Origin: Raillietiella orientalis
Lineage: Eukaryota
Length of the DNA stretch: 64,000 bases
Assembly: GCA_036172245.1 (NCBI GenBank)
Contig: JAYWIR010000012.1
Coordinates: 3,224,001-3,288,000 of the forward strand
Direction of reading: 5' to 3'
The translations under genes were made by a program, and so were the position numbers. Of this stretch, positions 49,258 to 62,683 are shown one piece after another; the stretch's first letter is position 1; every line of letters starts with the position of its first letter. The notes under the pieces are model-generated. The model was given only the letters and a program-made list of their open reading frames with translations, was not told where the DNA came from and ran no database searches.

Positions 49258-50949
49258 AACATCACGGCAGGCTGCGCGCGCACCTTCCGCAATTGATCCC
49301 CAGCCCCACTTGTCGGGGTATTAAGGACGGGGACGGTGGCGGGAACCGTGATCGCTCCCTCCCCTTTCCTCCCTCCCCATCCCGGAAAGAGGGAAGAAGG
49401 GAGAGAGAGGGGAGAAGAAAAAAAAAAAAAAAAAGAAAACGAAGGAAATCGGGAGGGGAAAGGGGGAATCCCTCGGAGGGACGAGAGGTCGCCCGCTTTC
49501 GCCCTCCTCCATCCTGGCATGGGTGCGCGCGCGCGCGTGCCCACCCATCCCAGGGTGCCCAACACCGAAAGCGACCGACCCCCTTGCGCCATCCCCCACT
49601 TCTTCCACCGGGAGAGGGGAGGGAAGGAGAGGAGTAAAAAACAAAGGCAAAGAAGAGGAAAAACGCCGGCGGGTCGACTCGACCCAAGAGATGTCCAGCG
49701 TCAGGTCGCGTGTCCTTCCGTCCCAGGAGCCGAGTCCCTTCCGGCTGTGTCCCTTCGAGCCCCACGGAGGCGCATGTGGACCTCATCTTCCTCATTCCCC
49801 CCGCTTCTTCCCTCGATCGCCTCTTTGGCAAGGAAGGGTGTGAGGAGGGAAGAAGGGAGCTGCGCCCCTCGCCGAAAGAGCTGCGCACACGTGCCCTCAG
49901 GAGGAGGTGAGGAGAGAAAGGAGGAAGAAAAAACAAAAGAAAAAGAGGAAAGGTCACGTTCACTCCCTTTCTCCTTCCTCCCTTCCTTGCCGGGCAAATC
50001 TATGGAGCAGCTCCCTCCTTCCTCCTCCCCTCACCCTTTCCTCATCCCCCATTTTTTTTTCCTTTCTCGCTCTTCGTTGGTGATGGGGCGTCGGTGGGTC
50101 CGCGAGAGTGCCCGACGCTGCCGCTGCAAACTGGACAAGCCCTACTGTCGCCCCAGGGGCTCGTTTGGGGGAAAGAAGGCGGAATGGGGGGGGGGGGAAA
50201 CGAGCAACGGAAAAGACTGGCAGCGACAAAAGGGAGCGAAAGGAAGAGGAGGGAGAGCGGTGCGGTCTTGGGGAGCGTCATGCAGGCCCTCTCCGGCGTC
50301 AGGGGCCGACCCATCCCCGCTTCCTCCCCATCTCGCGATCAGTGGGGACCCTGAGGAGGTGCTCCAGGAATCCCGCCCGCCCTACCTCCGGATGAGAAAG
50401 CAAAGCTGCCCCCTCCCCTCCCCCTGCGCCCGCCCGGCTTTGCCTGCCCTCGTCTGGCGTGGCGCCGAGGTCGCCGCCGTGCAAGAAGGCCGTTGCGTGG
50501 TTACCGGCGGGCTTCGTCGATAGCCGGCATTTCCGGTTCCGGCGTGCCCTTCCTCGCGAGCCTTTCCTCGTGGAGGAGAGCCAGTGGCCCCTGCCCCTGG
50601 GAGAGCCCTTACGGAAGCGCGAGAATGGGGAAGGGAAGAAGACCGGGAGGGAAGTGCCAAAGAGGGGGAACAGCGTTCGCGTCCCCTCGGCCGCCCCTTT
50701 CGGCCCTTCCCTCCCTCCCGCAAGAGCCCGTGCTGGTCGCGCGAAGTCGACGCAGGAGACGAGAAAGGTCTCCGGAATCCCGGAGGAAAAAACGGGAGGG
50801 AAGAGCACTGGAAAAGGAAGGGTGAGAGGACTCCCACAACACTTCTGCTGCTGCTGCGCCGCAACATTCCGGCCGCGTCCGGCACCATCCCCGATGCGCT
50901 CGGGGAGGGAGGACGAAGAAATGTAGGGGACGGGGGGGGGAGGGGTAGG

Positions 50950-52150
50950 GAGAGAAGGAAGACGACGACGCTTCGCTCTTCCCTGCTTCCGCTGGTCCGA
51001 AGAATCCCTTCCGGCCAGAGGTCAACAGAAGAAAGAAGAGGTCGTGGGACCCGAAGTGGCACCCCACGAGAGAATAGGCGAGGATGCCTCGGGAGCGTTC
51101 CGGTGAGACCAGGCCGAACGAGGATCCCAGCTAGTGGAGGGCCACATCCCACTGGCATGCCCCGCTATCCCCCAGAGACGCTGCCACCGTGGCGTGCCTG
51201 TCTCTGAGCGCTTACCCGTGGTGCCGGTCGAGAAAACCCGGAAGGATGGAGGAGACCTAGTCAGTCCAGCGAACAACGTGCTCCCGCGGGAGGGAAGGAC
51301 GAGGAGGGACGGGAAAAGGAGAAGAGGAGGAGGAGGAGGAGGAGGAGGAGGAGGGAGAAGAAGAAGGAGAAGGCGAGGGGCCGCTTGGGATCGCGGACAC
51401 CTCCTGATCGGAGAGGAGATGCGTATCCCCCAGCATCCCTGGAAAAGCGGTGCTCGCGGGATGGCAGTTGCTCCCGCTGTCCCCAGAACAAAGGCACCAG
51501 CCCCCCGTGGGGGGTAGATGTGCACGAACGAATCCTCCTCCCCGCCTTCGCGCCACCCCATCCCACCCCCATCCGCAGATTATCTCTATCCTCTCCCTTT
51601 CTTCCCCTCTCCCTCTCCTACTCCCCTGAGTTGCGCTCGCCTCTTCCTGCAACCGCGCGCTCCCACTGGAAAGCTGCCGCACCAGACCAGGGCACCACAC
51701 CCAGGAACGAAGGCGCCGCACCAAAAGCCGGCTGGTCGAGCCCTCCGCAGCAGCTGCGCCACGGACCGGCCCTCGTTTCCTTGGGAACGTGGCGCCCATC
51801 CGAACGCACGCCGTCCTGTGCTCACCGGGTCTTTGGCGAGAAAACTGGCGGTAGTCTCAAGGAGGAGGAGGAGGGGAGCAAGAAGGGGAGGAAGGAGTCC
51901 TTTGAGGAATTCCTCGCGTCTTCCGAGAAGGGTCCCGTGCAGGTGACGGAGGCTACCACAGGGACCCGATTCTCCTCCCACTTTTCTTCCCCTTCGAGAG
52001 AGCACCTTCCGCAGCAGCCGTCCGCCCCGAGGATTCAGGAACGGCCCCTTCCCTGCCACTGATGCGGATGGCAGCGCCTACCGGCGGCGTGCCCTCCAAA
52101 CTGGGAGCGATGACGACGAACGACGTGCTTTTTCGCTGCGAGCACACGAA
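50950..52150 (+). mobile_element. decayed LINE APE endonuclease fragment upstream of scratch
   Basis: RGVPVSERL (GVAI-like), LLIGEEMR (IGGDFN-like), GVDVHER..IRRLSL (DxWR..RLD), SHWKA (GxWK). Confidence 0.4.
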
Positions 52151-55100
52151 CCCTCCTCCCCCGGGCTGCTACTGAAGGAAGCTGCTGTCAGGCGCGGCGA
52201 CAGCGCTGTATGGGGCGGAAAGGGGAACAGGAGAGAAGAGCGGCGGCCACGTTCGCCACCCTCTCGTCAGAACGGAGGAAGCTTCCGAAGCAGAGATGGC
52301 GCAAGGGGGCGGCAACAGTCCTCAAGCGCTTCAAGCAGTGGGGCGGCAGCTCTGGGCTGGTCGGCCCGTTATTCACTTCCAGCGCCGCCTGCCGAGGCAA
52401 AAGGGAAGACTAGGAAGAAGGAGGCACCTGCGCTCCTCCGCGGCGCCACCGCCACTTCTCACGCGTACCAATGGCCCTTCTTCCCAGGTTCGCTACGCCC
52501 GTCTGTTTCCTCTCCCTGCGCGGCGCCCTCCCCTGCCAGACGGCGCAGGAGGGCTCACCCCTGAATCGGAGTTGCAGGATCATCGGACGCCCTCCCCGTC
52601 CGCTTTTTGGAGAGCAGCGCGCCATGCAACGGCCGGGACGGCGACGCCGCCCGCGGCATGATGTCACCGCGCTCCAGCCTTCGCGGAAGGACCAGCCAGG
52701 AGACGCAGCGTTCCTTCCCTTCCTTTTTTTTTTTGCCTCTGTTTCGTGGACGTGCTTTTGGCGTGAGGAAACTTTGCCTGGTAACGATGGGAAACAGTGA
52801 TGGATGGCAAAGTGTCCGTGGCGAGGATGAAGCGGTGGTCATGAGCGACGGCGGTTACGGTAAACAGGCAGGAGGAGGAGGAGGAAAAGCTTCGTCGTCG
52901 GACTGAGGAGGAGGCAAAGAGGCCGAAAAACCCGGCAGGAGGATGGCAGAGCGGAAGAGGAAGGACGCCCCACTCGCTATGCGGCGCGCGCGAAGGGGGT
53001 GAGGAGAGGGGGCGCATGAGGGGGCGGCAGATCTTAATGCGCCTACCCCGAATCCTCGAAGGCAACAAGCAAGCAGCAGCTAACTCAGAAGTCGGTCCCG
53101 AGGATCCTTGGAACCGCCATCGGCGAGCGCGCGCGCGAGGGAGGCTGGATGTGAAGTCCCGCGGGCTTCCGACAGTGCATCCGCTCCCTGCGCGGTGCAG
53201 TGCGCGCCGATCGGATTCGGATGCGAGAAGGGAGAAGGACGAGGAGGAAGGGGGGGGGGGGGTAGCGGCGACCAAGAGTGGCAGCCTTCTCTGTTCGAGG
53301 GTCCTTCCGATGCCAGGCATCCCTCGCGGCATGCTTATCCGCTCTTCCTCCCCCTCTTCCACCGCCACAACACCGTGCAAGCGACAACCCCCCGAGAGAG
53401 AGATCTCTCCGCTTCTCCCGGTTGCACCAAGCGGCCAAGAGGGAGGAGGAGGACGCGCGCGAGCCACTCGATCGTCGCCGCATGGCTTGTCAGTTGCATG
53501 CGTGCCAGCGCCGCCGCCTGCCTGTCCGCCGCGGCTATGCGCGCTCTCCCCCCCCCCCCTCCCCTTCTCCTCTTTTCACGGAAGCTCGGCAGCGCGCGCG
53601 CTTCCACGGAGCGTCGTCGCCTTCCGTCCTGACCGGATGAAAACAGGACACGGAAAGCAATTTTCCCACGAGGACCCATGTGTCAGAGTCAAGGAGCAAT
53701 AGTACATCCTGTTCGGAATTCCCAGCGAGCGGCGCGCGTTTCTTCCTCAGACGGGTGACGTCACCTTCTCTTTTAGCTTGTTAAACAAGGAACTTTATTT
53801 GCTTAGATGAGTGCAGCCCAAAAATGCATCTCGTAGGAAGACGAGAGGAGGAAGGACAGTGGGAAAAGCGCGCGCCGGTCTTGGATGGATGCAGGCACCA
53901 TGTGCACGCACACACGTACACACACGTACACACACTCACGAGTGGATGCAGAGAAGGAGCGTGCGAGAGAGAGAAAGCGGGAGGGAGGCAGGCGGGAGTG
54001 GGAAAGGCGATGGAATCGAAACCTGAGGAAGCAGGAGTCCGTTGCCTGGAAATCGCTGCTGTTGGGTCAACAAGAACCGGAATCGTTAAGGACAAAGCGC
54101 ACTGCGAACCGCAGATCGATGTGAGTGCATCCGCAAAGATGCGGACGGAGAGCTGGCTGGCTGGCTGGTTGGCTGACTGTCTTTCGGCTCCCGCACTCCC
54201 CCAGACGTCGTCACAGCAAAACTCTTGAGGGTGACGAAGGGGACGCAGACGGGCAAGAGGGAATTTCGGGATCCCACGCCACCTCGCTGCTTGCCCTGGC
54301 GCTCGCGACGTAGATGCGTGGTGATCCCGTCTCAACCGGAGCGAAGGCATGTGGGGGGGAGAGGGTAAGGGGAGAGGAAGGCACCTCCGGTCCCTACAGC
54401 GCTTGCTCGGAGTCGCCCCCGAATGAAACCTCTCTTGAGCTCGCCAGACGGGGACGGCGCGCACTCCTGGCATCCCCCTTCACCGGCCCCAGGCGGACCG
54501 GTTTTCTCGCGCACGAGGCCGCGCCCCATGCGACGCATTTCCTCGCCTCGCAGCTAGGAAGGGAGGGACTCCCGAGCGCGTTCCCGTCCCGGAGCGCCTC
54601 CCTCTTCTTCCCTCCCTACTGCGAGGCGCTCTGCGCGCAGGCCACCTGTCGCTCTCTCGACCCGCGCGCGCACGCGGGGTTTGAGGCGGCCACCCCGAGA
54701 CGGATTGGCGGCGGTCGCCTTCCACCTGGCGGCATCGGTACCTACGCACTCCCACCTGGTCTCTGGCACCGCGGACAGCGTTAGGCGGGAGCACGCACGC
54801 GTAGACGATGTGGCCTTCCGTTTCGGGATCTGCTCAAGGGACAGCGGCCCTCCCGTCCGGTTCGCATACGCGGCAGGTGCGCTTTCCGGGGAACGCGCTC
54901 GTTCCGTCCTTCCGGGAGTCCCCCTAGGACGACTGGGAGCATGCCTGGATGAATGGGTCCCACTGCAAAGCGCTTCCGCGTTGTCTCTTCCCCCCAGGAG
55001 CCACACGGCGTCGCATCGCCTTTCCTCCCTGGCAGGTTTCCTGGGGATTTTTCCGTAAAATGCGGATGTGGGCGCTCCCCCCTCCATCCACACTCAAGAG

Positions 55101-57457
55101 GAGAGTGAGGAGGGGTACGCAGGAGGAAGGGGATCAGAGGGCACCCGGAAGACGCCGACCCTTCACCCCTCATCCCTGCTCTTCGCTTCGCCTCGTTGGT
55201 ATGGAGGGAAGCCCGACCGGAAAGCGACACGTCTGACGGGCTCCAAGAGCGAGTGACACGGCGCCTCCACCTGGTCGCGCCATCGATCCGCCGGTCGCCT
55301 GTCAGGAGCGGGAGGCAGCAGCAGCCTCGACCCTCCTTGCCGCCTTGGCGTCCGGAAAGCGCCCTCCTCCCCTTCCGAAATTCTTGCACGGGGACTCTCC
55401 TTTACGGCCGAACGATCTATCCGGGAATGATTACGGTGCCGTTACGCGGCGAGTCCCTGATGGCGCATTGATTGCGAGATTTTGGCTTCTCGGCGGATTT
55501 TTTTTCTTCTTTACCCTCCCCTCCTCCCCCCCCCCTCCCCAACTGCCGACTCGCAGCAACTCCCGCGTCGCTCCGGCGAGCGAATACTTTCGCGGACTTT
55601 AGCGGCGGCTGCGGCGACGGCGGCGGCGGTGGCGGCAGCAGCAGCAGCAGCCATCGTGCAAGAAAGTTCTCCGCCGCGGCGTATACCAAGTTCGTCTTCG
55701 TCAGCGCGTCGGCATCCGCGCTCCCTCCCATCCATCCAGCCAGCCAGCACAGCCCATATCAAGCAGCATGGGAAAGAATCATCCCGGAAGTCCAGGCAAT
55801 TTGCATAAACTCTCTTCCCGGACAGCGGCGACACCACTGGCCGAACGGAGGAGAATCCCCTCGCGAGGTGGATGCGCGAGCCGGGCTCTCCTGACGACGG
55901 GAGCACCCCAGCGCCCTTCGCTACGCAAGGAGTGCAGCAGCCGAGTCGCCTTTTTTCCATCCCGCCGTGACGCGTTGCCCGCGCACGTCGCCGGAATGAG
56001 GGGGGGAGAGGGAAGGTTACCACCGGTAACCCCTCCATCTTCCCCGGCCGCCTCGTACTGTCGTTCTCCCTCTCTTCCGGGAGGATGGACCGCTGTCGGA
56101 ACGCGGCTGCCCGCGGGGTCGTGCGCTTCCTCCCCTACTCACTCGGGAAGTGCAAACTGCTGAAAGTCTTCTCTAGTAATCAAGGATCGGCGAGCGAGCC
56201 TTTCCGGTAGTGGCACCACTGGCTCAACGCGCTTTCGTTGCGCGGGTCCACAACTGCCTCGCGCGCGGCCACGGGGTTCGGCCCTTCCTGCTCGCGAAAC
56301 TCCCATCCCTCCCTTGCTGCAATCGCGCGCGCCGCCTCCGAGTGGCACCGCCCGCGTCCCCCGAGGCAGGGGGACTCCGGTCCCGCGACGTGCGCGTGAC
56401 GGGGAGGGGGGGGGGAGAGAAGCCAGCTCGTCGCCCGCCGTGTCTCCTTCCTCCCGAACTGTCGTCGGACACACTCGAGTTCGCGAGGCGTAGTCGCGCG
56501 AGAGCCGGAGAACGGGAGGAGAAACACCCGGGCAGGGCCCACCCGTCGCGCACGCAACCACGGAAGAAGCGCCTCGGCGCTTGCGCCATCTTCGCTCGTT
56601 GGAGGGCTCCTCCTTCCCGCTCGGGCGAGGCCGCTTAAAAAGTAAAAACTGTTTCTTGGAAGATGGGAAGCGTTCCCGTGGCCTTGAAACTACGGAACCC
56701 AATTAAGGAAGGATGTGAAGCGTCTTCGCGCCCTCCCTCTTCCCGCTCTCTCTGCTTTTTTTTCTTTCTTCTATTCCGCAACTCTCTCTAACCTCCGCGA
56801 GTTCAAAGTTTCTCGCCCCGATTTTTAAAAAAATCTCGAGTGCACTCCGCAGTAAGGCTCGTCTTCATCTCACTTTCGTTGAGTCCGTGCTCCCTCTCCT
56901 GTCCTGTGCTCTGGATGCTGGAAATCGTCAGGAGGAGCAGCAGCAGGCACCGGGGCGTATAACTCGAGAAAGAGACGTTCCTCCTCCTCCTCCTCCTCTT
57001 GCTCCCCGCTCCTGGAAGCGCCTTATTCTTTTATTCCGTGTGCTTTGAAATGGAATGTAATCGAGATTTTAATTCCGTTGGAAAGTCACTTGATATACCA
57101 AGAATGGAGAGGAAGAACGAAAAGAAAGGGAAAGAAAGAAAGAAGAAAAAAAAAAAGGACTCAGGAAAAGAAAAGTCCGGCGCTGGAAATAAAATCGGCG
57201 CACTCCGCCGACATCCGAAGAGGCTGAACCGAATTTTTTTTTTTTTTTTTTTTTTTTTTAATCTCCCAAACTCACTCGGAAGGAATGCTCCGTGCTTTCG
57301 CGGAAGCAGTTCTTGATTAGTCGGACAAGAGGCGGTATTTTTCCTCTAAATTGTCCTTTCTTTCTTCCTGAGCATAGAAAACAATTTGCGACCTCATATG
57401 CTTGTTTCTTTCTTTCTTTTTATTCTTCTCCTTCCTTTCCTTTCCTTTTTATTCTCT

Positions 57458-57491
<34 letters not shown>

Positions 57492-57900
57492 GGCCGCTGT
57501 TTGTTGGAAACGCAAGCAGTAAGTACAGCAGCCTCCAGCAGGGACGTACAAGGATATTTCACGATATAACTCGATAATTTGCTTTCTTATCTCTTACAGG
57601 CATGTACAATCATGATTCTTGCGTTTCCTTTGTCTCTGAGGTTTCGTAAATTATTCCGTTTCTATTCCCACAGAGCCATATTATTGCTACTGAAGGTAAT
57701 TCGCTTTTATCTGTTGAATGCTATCTGGATCAGCTCGCGGATTACTTGTGCCAAAAATGAGAGAAACGGTGGATCCGTACACATACGTGTGTAAATAAAT
57801 CGTGTGCGAGCCCACACACGCATGGGTGCACCTAACGCACATTTACTTGATGCATCTGTGCATCACACATATCTATCTATGTGCGAAGCGGGAGCGCGTG

Positions 57901-57950
57901 CTGCTGCTGCTGCTGATGATGATGATGATCATGATGATGATGATGACGAT
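57901..57950. repeat. compound (CTG)n(ATG)n microsatellite
   Basis: Direct reading of the sequence. Confidence 0.9.
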
Positions 57951-58249
57951 GGCCGGTGAAGAAGAAAACGCGCGACCGAGAGAGCTGCGCTGAAAACGGC
58001 AAGAGTGATTTACACGGAAACCGCACCAAGGGTGCTCATCATTTTCAAATGCAAACTCGCGGGATTTATGCAAGCTGAATAATGAAACAAAATCGTTTAT
58101 GATCCCCAGAAAGCTACGTGTCTTCAGCTGATGAAGCAGTACTCTGCCAAACAAAGATTTTAATAACAGCGTTGACTTTTGTGTCTCATTTGTTAGGAAC
58201 CCATTTGCTGTGTCTCAGTGGGGATCACAGAACTTCAGATTACTGATTA

Positions 58250-58850
58250 TGACAGACTATGAGGAAAAGGAGGAGCAAAATTTATCACGCCGTTTTAGAA
58301 TTCGAAGCCCCTGATGATGTTGAAAATCGATGTTGCTTACTAGAAATTCGTGAGATGCAGATCCAGCGACTTCCAGATCCATCAGTTTTATTAGATAATC
58401 CATGTAAGATATTTTTGGCAAGGGAAGCTATTTTCACCGATGCATGTTATTTGCTTGTTCTGATGGTCGCTTTATCAAACCATTAGTAAGGTTGATCCCG
58501 TCTTGTATGATTAAACTCTCGGCAGTATAAAGTGAGACGTTTCGAAACACGCACATGGAATTAACTTCGAGTAAGAACGTCGCAGAGGAAAATTTTCATC
58601 AAAATATGTGCATCGGTCAGATGTATTTTGCTGGAAACCGAAATGCGTTTCTACAGCAGTGCAATAGCTCGCGAGCCTGGCAACGCTGAATCGGCATTTT
58701 TCTATTACCGAAAAATACCATCTGCATTGAGCTCATAAAGACCGTGCCCATCGTCACAGAGGCTTTTCTCCTGAAGAATGTCATCACCCTTGTAGTAAAG
58801 CTACAGCGGAGATGGTCAGCGATAAATTTATTATTCTCAATCATTTCGCT
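58250..58850 (-). mobile_element. possible decayed MULE-type transposase fragment
   Basis: LNADGIFR (DGTF-like) followed about 250 nt later by FDKA (DFExA-like); weak. Confidence 0.25.
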
Positions 58851-59499
58851 TCGGAGGGAGAGAAAAGTGGATTTCCCTTCCGTTTTCCTCGCATCTGTTA
58901 TCTTCGCATCTTACGAATATTTGTTCGCACTAATGCACTTCTGAGACTTCCAATTGGGATTTTCCACAGAATTTTTTCCTATCGAAACAATGCGGTGTCC
59001 CAAGTTTCTTTCGTTTTTTTTCCCTCCACCTCTCTTCCCTGTATGAATAAGGAAGGTTCCACGGTGTTAAAAAGCCATTATGAAATACTGATTCGCACAA
59101 AGAACTATCGCGAAGCTGCGACCGTGAAAATTAGCATACCCATGGAATGATTTGCGAATCGATGGTTTCTCGTGATGTAAAGATCCGAGAGAGTCCCGGC
59201 ACCGTTCCTCCAGGAAGCATCCGGTAAAGTTGCATCCGAGCACTGGTTATTGTGGCGGTTACACTGAGACCGTTTTCCCTTCTGAATTCATGTCACACAC
59301 TACCAGGTTTTGTTTTTTTTGTTGCTATTTTACATAAAGGCAAGCCTAGTCGTTGCTAGTAGACGCGTCGCCATAATTGCGTCGTCATTGTTGAAAGTCC
59401 AATCAGGAGCGTCTCGCAATCCCAACGGAAAGCAGAGCTCTGGTCTCGCAGAACACGCGGCAGGCAGTTGCGACGGCCATCCTGCCGCTTGTTTCAGGA

Positions 59500-61600
59500 A
59501 AGTGTCCTTCCGTGCCCCCCCCCCCTACCATCAGCATACGGGATGGTGGTCAGGTGCGCGACGAGGACGCAAGCAGAACCAATAATCCACCAGCTTGAGG
59601 GCCCTCCCGGACCCGAAGAGACCTGGCACCTTTGGACTGCGCTGAACTCCGCACGGGGCCAGGGCTGTGCTGCTTTCCCTCCCTCCAGGAGTGACTGCAC
59701 GCAAAATTCCTTCCCATTCCACGAGGCGAGAACCCAGGCTGCTTGGCGTGACGGTGCGGCCGTCCGGAGGAACCTTGGCGCCCCTCATTCCGCTGCCCTC
59801 TCCTGTTAACCTTTAGCCGGCGTAGGGAGAGGGTGAGAGGCGGGCATCCCTCAGGAAGAATCAGGGGAGGGCCCACGACGCGCCTGCCCTCGCTCCCGCG
59901 TGCGAGCTGCGTCCGGCGGATGCCCCTGCCGCAGCAGGGGCGGACGCTGTACTGCTAATTGGAAGCGAAGCTGCTCGGCTAAGGACCGCTTTCCTTCCCG
60001 GAGCAGCGGAGGCGAACGAATCGGTAGGGGGAGGAGGGAGAAGAGGGAAGAGTGCGGAGCACCCCATCCCGAGTGATGATGCTACGGGTCCCGGGACGAC
60101 CGCGTGCGTCCCGGATCGGAGCAGCGAAGGAGAACACGCTCCGTTCCCACGGCGACGCGCTAAACCTTCATCCCCAGGTGCGAGGAGCGGAGGGGGGGGG
60201 GGGGCAGGAGTCTCGCCCCTCCAGACGCACGTGAATTCCTCTCCCTCCTCCCCATCTCTGCGCTGAGAAGAATCGCGCCGGGCGAGGAGAGCGCGTGGCC
60301 CCCTCGCCGGGGAGCTGGGCTGCTCGTCGTACGCGCGAGCAGAATGGCGATGTGCCTCCCCTCCCTCCTGCGAAAGACCGCGTACAGGACGACTATCTGG
60401 GATCCAGAGGTCCCACCCACTCACTGGCTTTTTCTCTCTTAGCAGGAAGTGAGAGCGCACAAGAAGATGGGTCGCCATGGCGAAGGGGGGGCTGATGCGC
60501 TCGTGCATCTGTTGCCTCCCCAACCCCCTTCCCCTGACGACTTCCTGCGAAGCCTGGGAAGGCGGAGGACAAAGGGAGTTGGCGCAAGCCACAGGGTCCA
60601 TCCCTGGGCAACCGAAAAACCGCTCGGAGGAGGCCACGCGCGCAATGCCTCCGGCAAGGGCGTTGCATGTGAACTGCGGGTCTTCCGCGAGTGACGGGGC
60701 GCCAAGACTCGTTCGCGCGCTCTCAGCAAGGTCACACGGAGCAGATCGCGAGGAGGGAGAGACTGGTGGTGTCCAGCTGACCCGGATTGCCACAGCGCTT
60801 GCGAGGGACCCGTAGCCCCTCTCGCACCTTCCCCCCTGAACTGTTGCCAGGACTGAGAGGGCCCTCCCCGGCTTTGCGCGGCGTCGACGGGTTGCCATGG
60901 CTCCCAAGCGAATCGGACTCGCCCAGCAAGACGAAATCGCCTAGGTTCCTGCCCGCTAAGGTCTTTTCGTCCATCGGCGCTTGGTCTCCCTCCTGCAACG
61001 ACGAGGAGGGGGGGAGGGCCTCGGTTTGCCCTGTCAAGAGGCCCGGAAGCAGTAATGGTGGAGTCTTTCCGAAGGAATCCTTTCCAGCCGGCGTCATGGG
61101 CTGGAAAGCGGGAAAAAATTCGACCAGGACGGGGATTCCCCGCCGTTGATCCGGGTGGAGGCGGCCCCAGAGCTTTCCCTCCTCCTCGACAGCAGCAGCA
61201 GCTCCCTGTCCGTCGCGGAGGGGGGAGGAAGGCGAGAAGAGGAGCAGTGCTCGGTCACCGCGGAGGTCACGATGAGCGCGCGCGCGGTGCGGACACCATT
61301 CGTTCCGTTCCTCCGGGAAAGTCGCGGGAAAGCGCGAGACCTTCCCGTCTGCCCGACCTCTCCCGCGCCCGGTGGGGGAGGAGCACGAGATGGAGAAACC
61401 TTGCTGTCCCCCTCTTTTTTTTTTCTTCTTCATTCCCACGCGGCCGCCTCCGACGTCGGGGCCTGCCCGAGGTTTCGACCGCGTCCTCTTCGCCTCTGCC
61501 GAGCCGACCAAGGCAGGCAGGAGGAGGGAAGCTGCCTTTTTCCCGAGTGCGATCGATTCGCCATTTCCTCCCTCGTTCTTCCGTTTTCCTTCCTCCGTCC
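59500..61600 (-). mobile_element. decayed L1/Tx1-type LINE RT region
   Basis: RLHPDQRRGIP (IHxDQxGFxP), KDSFGKT (KAFD-like), SLGSHGNPSTP (GVRQGxPLSP), in the expected order. Confidence 0.55.
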
Positions 61601-62643
61601 TGATTTTATCTCAAGAGACTTATTATTTCCCTTATCCGGTTATTTCTCTTATCTGCCACTGGGGAGATGTTCATCTTTTGAATCGTCAGGTTCCCATTCC
61701 GCACATGAGGCTCTCCCTCCTTCGAAGAGGCATCCCGAATTTCCCGAGCGTTTCTTTTTCACGTGTGAGAGCGCGTGCAGGGGAGAGCGCGTCTGCGAAG
61801 CAGCAGCGCTTCGAGGTGCCTCTGCAACCGCCGCCGCCGCGTTCGGGAGGAGAAGCACCTTCGGCGAGGGCGTACCCGCAAGGCGGGCTGATACTGCGAA
61901 ACCTCTTCCCCCCTCCCTACTCCCGCGTCGCCATCACACGACGTCGTCCGGATCTTCGGGAAAGCGTGGAGGAGAAGAAGCTCTCAAATCACGCGGGAAC
62001 CATTCTTCGATCTCCTCCTCCAGTCGATCCCGACGTCCTCCTCGCCAGGCCAGAAGAGAAAGTCCTTCGCCGACAGGAGGCGGTTCCTCCTTCACGGCAC
62101 GCTCCCCCGGATGGGAAAAAGATGCTTCGTCGTCGTTCTTCGCCGAAGAACGCCGCTGCTTTTCGAAGCCTTCACGTTTCGGGGTGGCAGACTCCGCAGA
62201 GGACGGAAATTCCGGGAAATTTCGGTCTCGAAAAGTGTGCACGTGAAGTGCATTAAACCACGAATAAGAGGTTACCTAGGCAGAGAAAAAAAAAAAAAAA
62301 GAAGAGGAAGAAACGGAACTCGTCGGAACACTCACTGCTTTTAGACAGGCGTGGTCGCTCGCCAGCTCTTTCAAATTGAACAAACATGCTGAAATGAAAC
62401 CAAGTCGTTGTTCTTCCCAACTCGCAGAAAAATTACGATTCTACTAAAAGTCAAGGCCGACGATCACGCAACAACTGTCCCGGACAAAGGAACAAACTTC
62501 CTCGGATATCAACGAATAATCCTGATGAGAATTTCAATGCTGAAATCGGGTATCTCGCAACACGCAAAGCGGAACATGTGAAGATGCACAGAACTTCTGC
62601 CCGAGCCGAGAGCGTGTCTGCACTGTGAGCACTTTTTTTTTTT

Positions 62644-62683
<40 letters not shown>

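Noticed and set aside
55511..55731. Poly-Ala ORF (MAAAAAAATAAAVAAAAAK) as an alternative scratch exon
   Set aside because: Trinucleotide repeat with no recognisable domain or convincing splice link; SNAG must be N-terminal.
10089..57672. Scattered Su(H)-type YGTGGGAA sites (near 10089, 20287, 21503, 38460, 40505, 57665)
   Set aside because: Unclustered, unpaired, and several lie in LINE remnants.
179..62256. Hundreds of 60-400 aa overlapping ORFs
   Set aside because: R/P/G/S-rich, present in all frames and without intact domains; explained by stop-codon scarcity in GC-rich DNA and by decayed LINEs.
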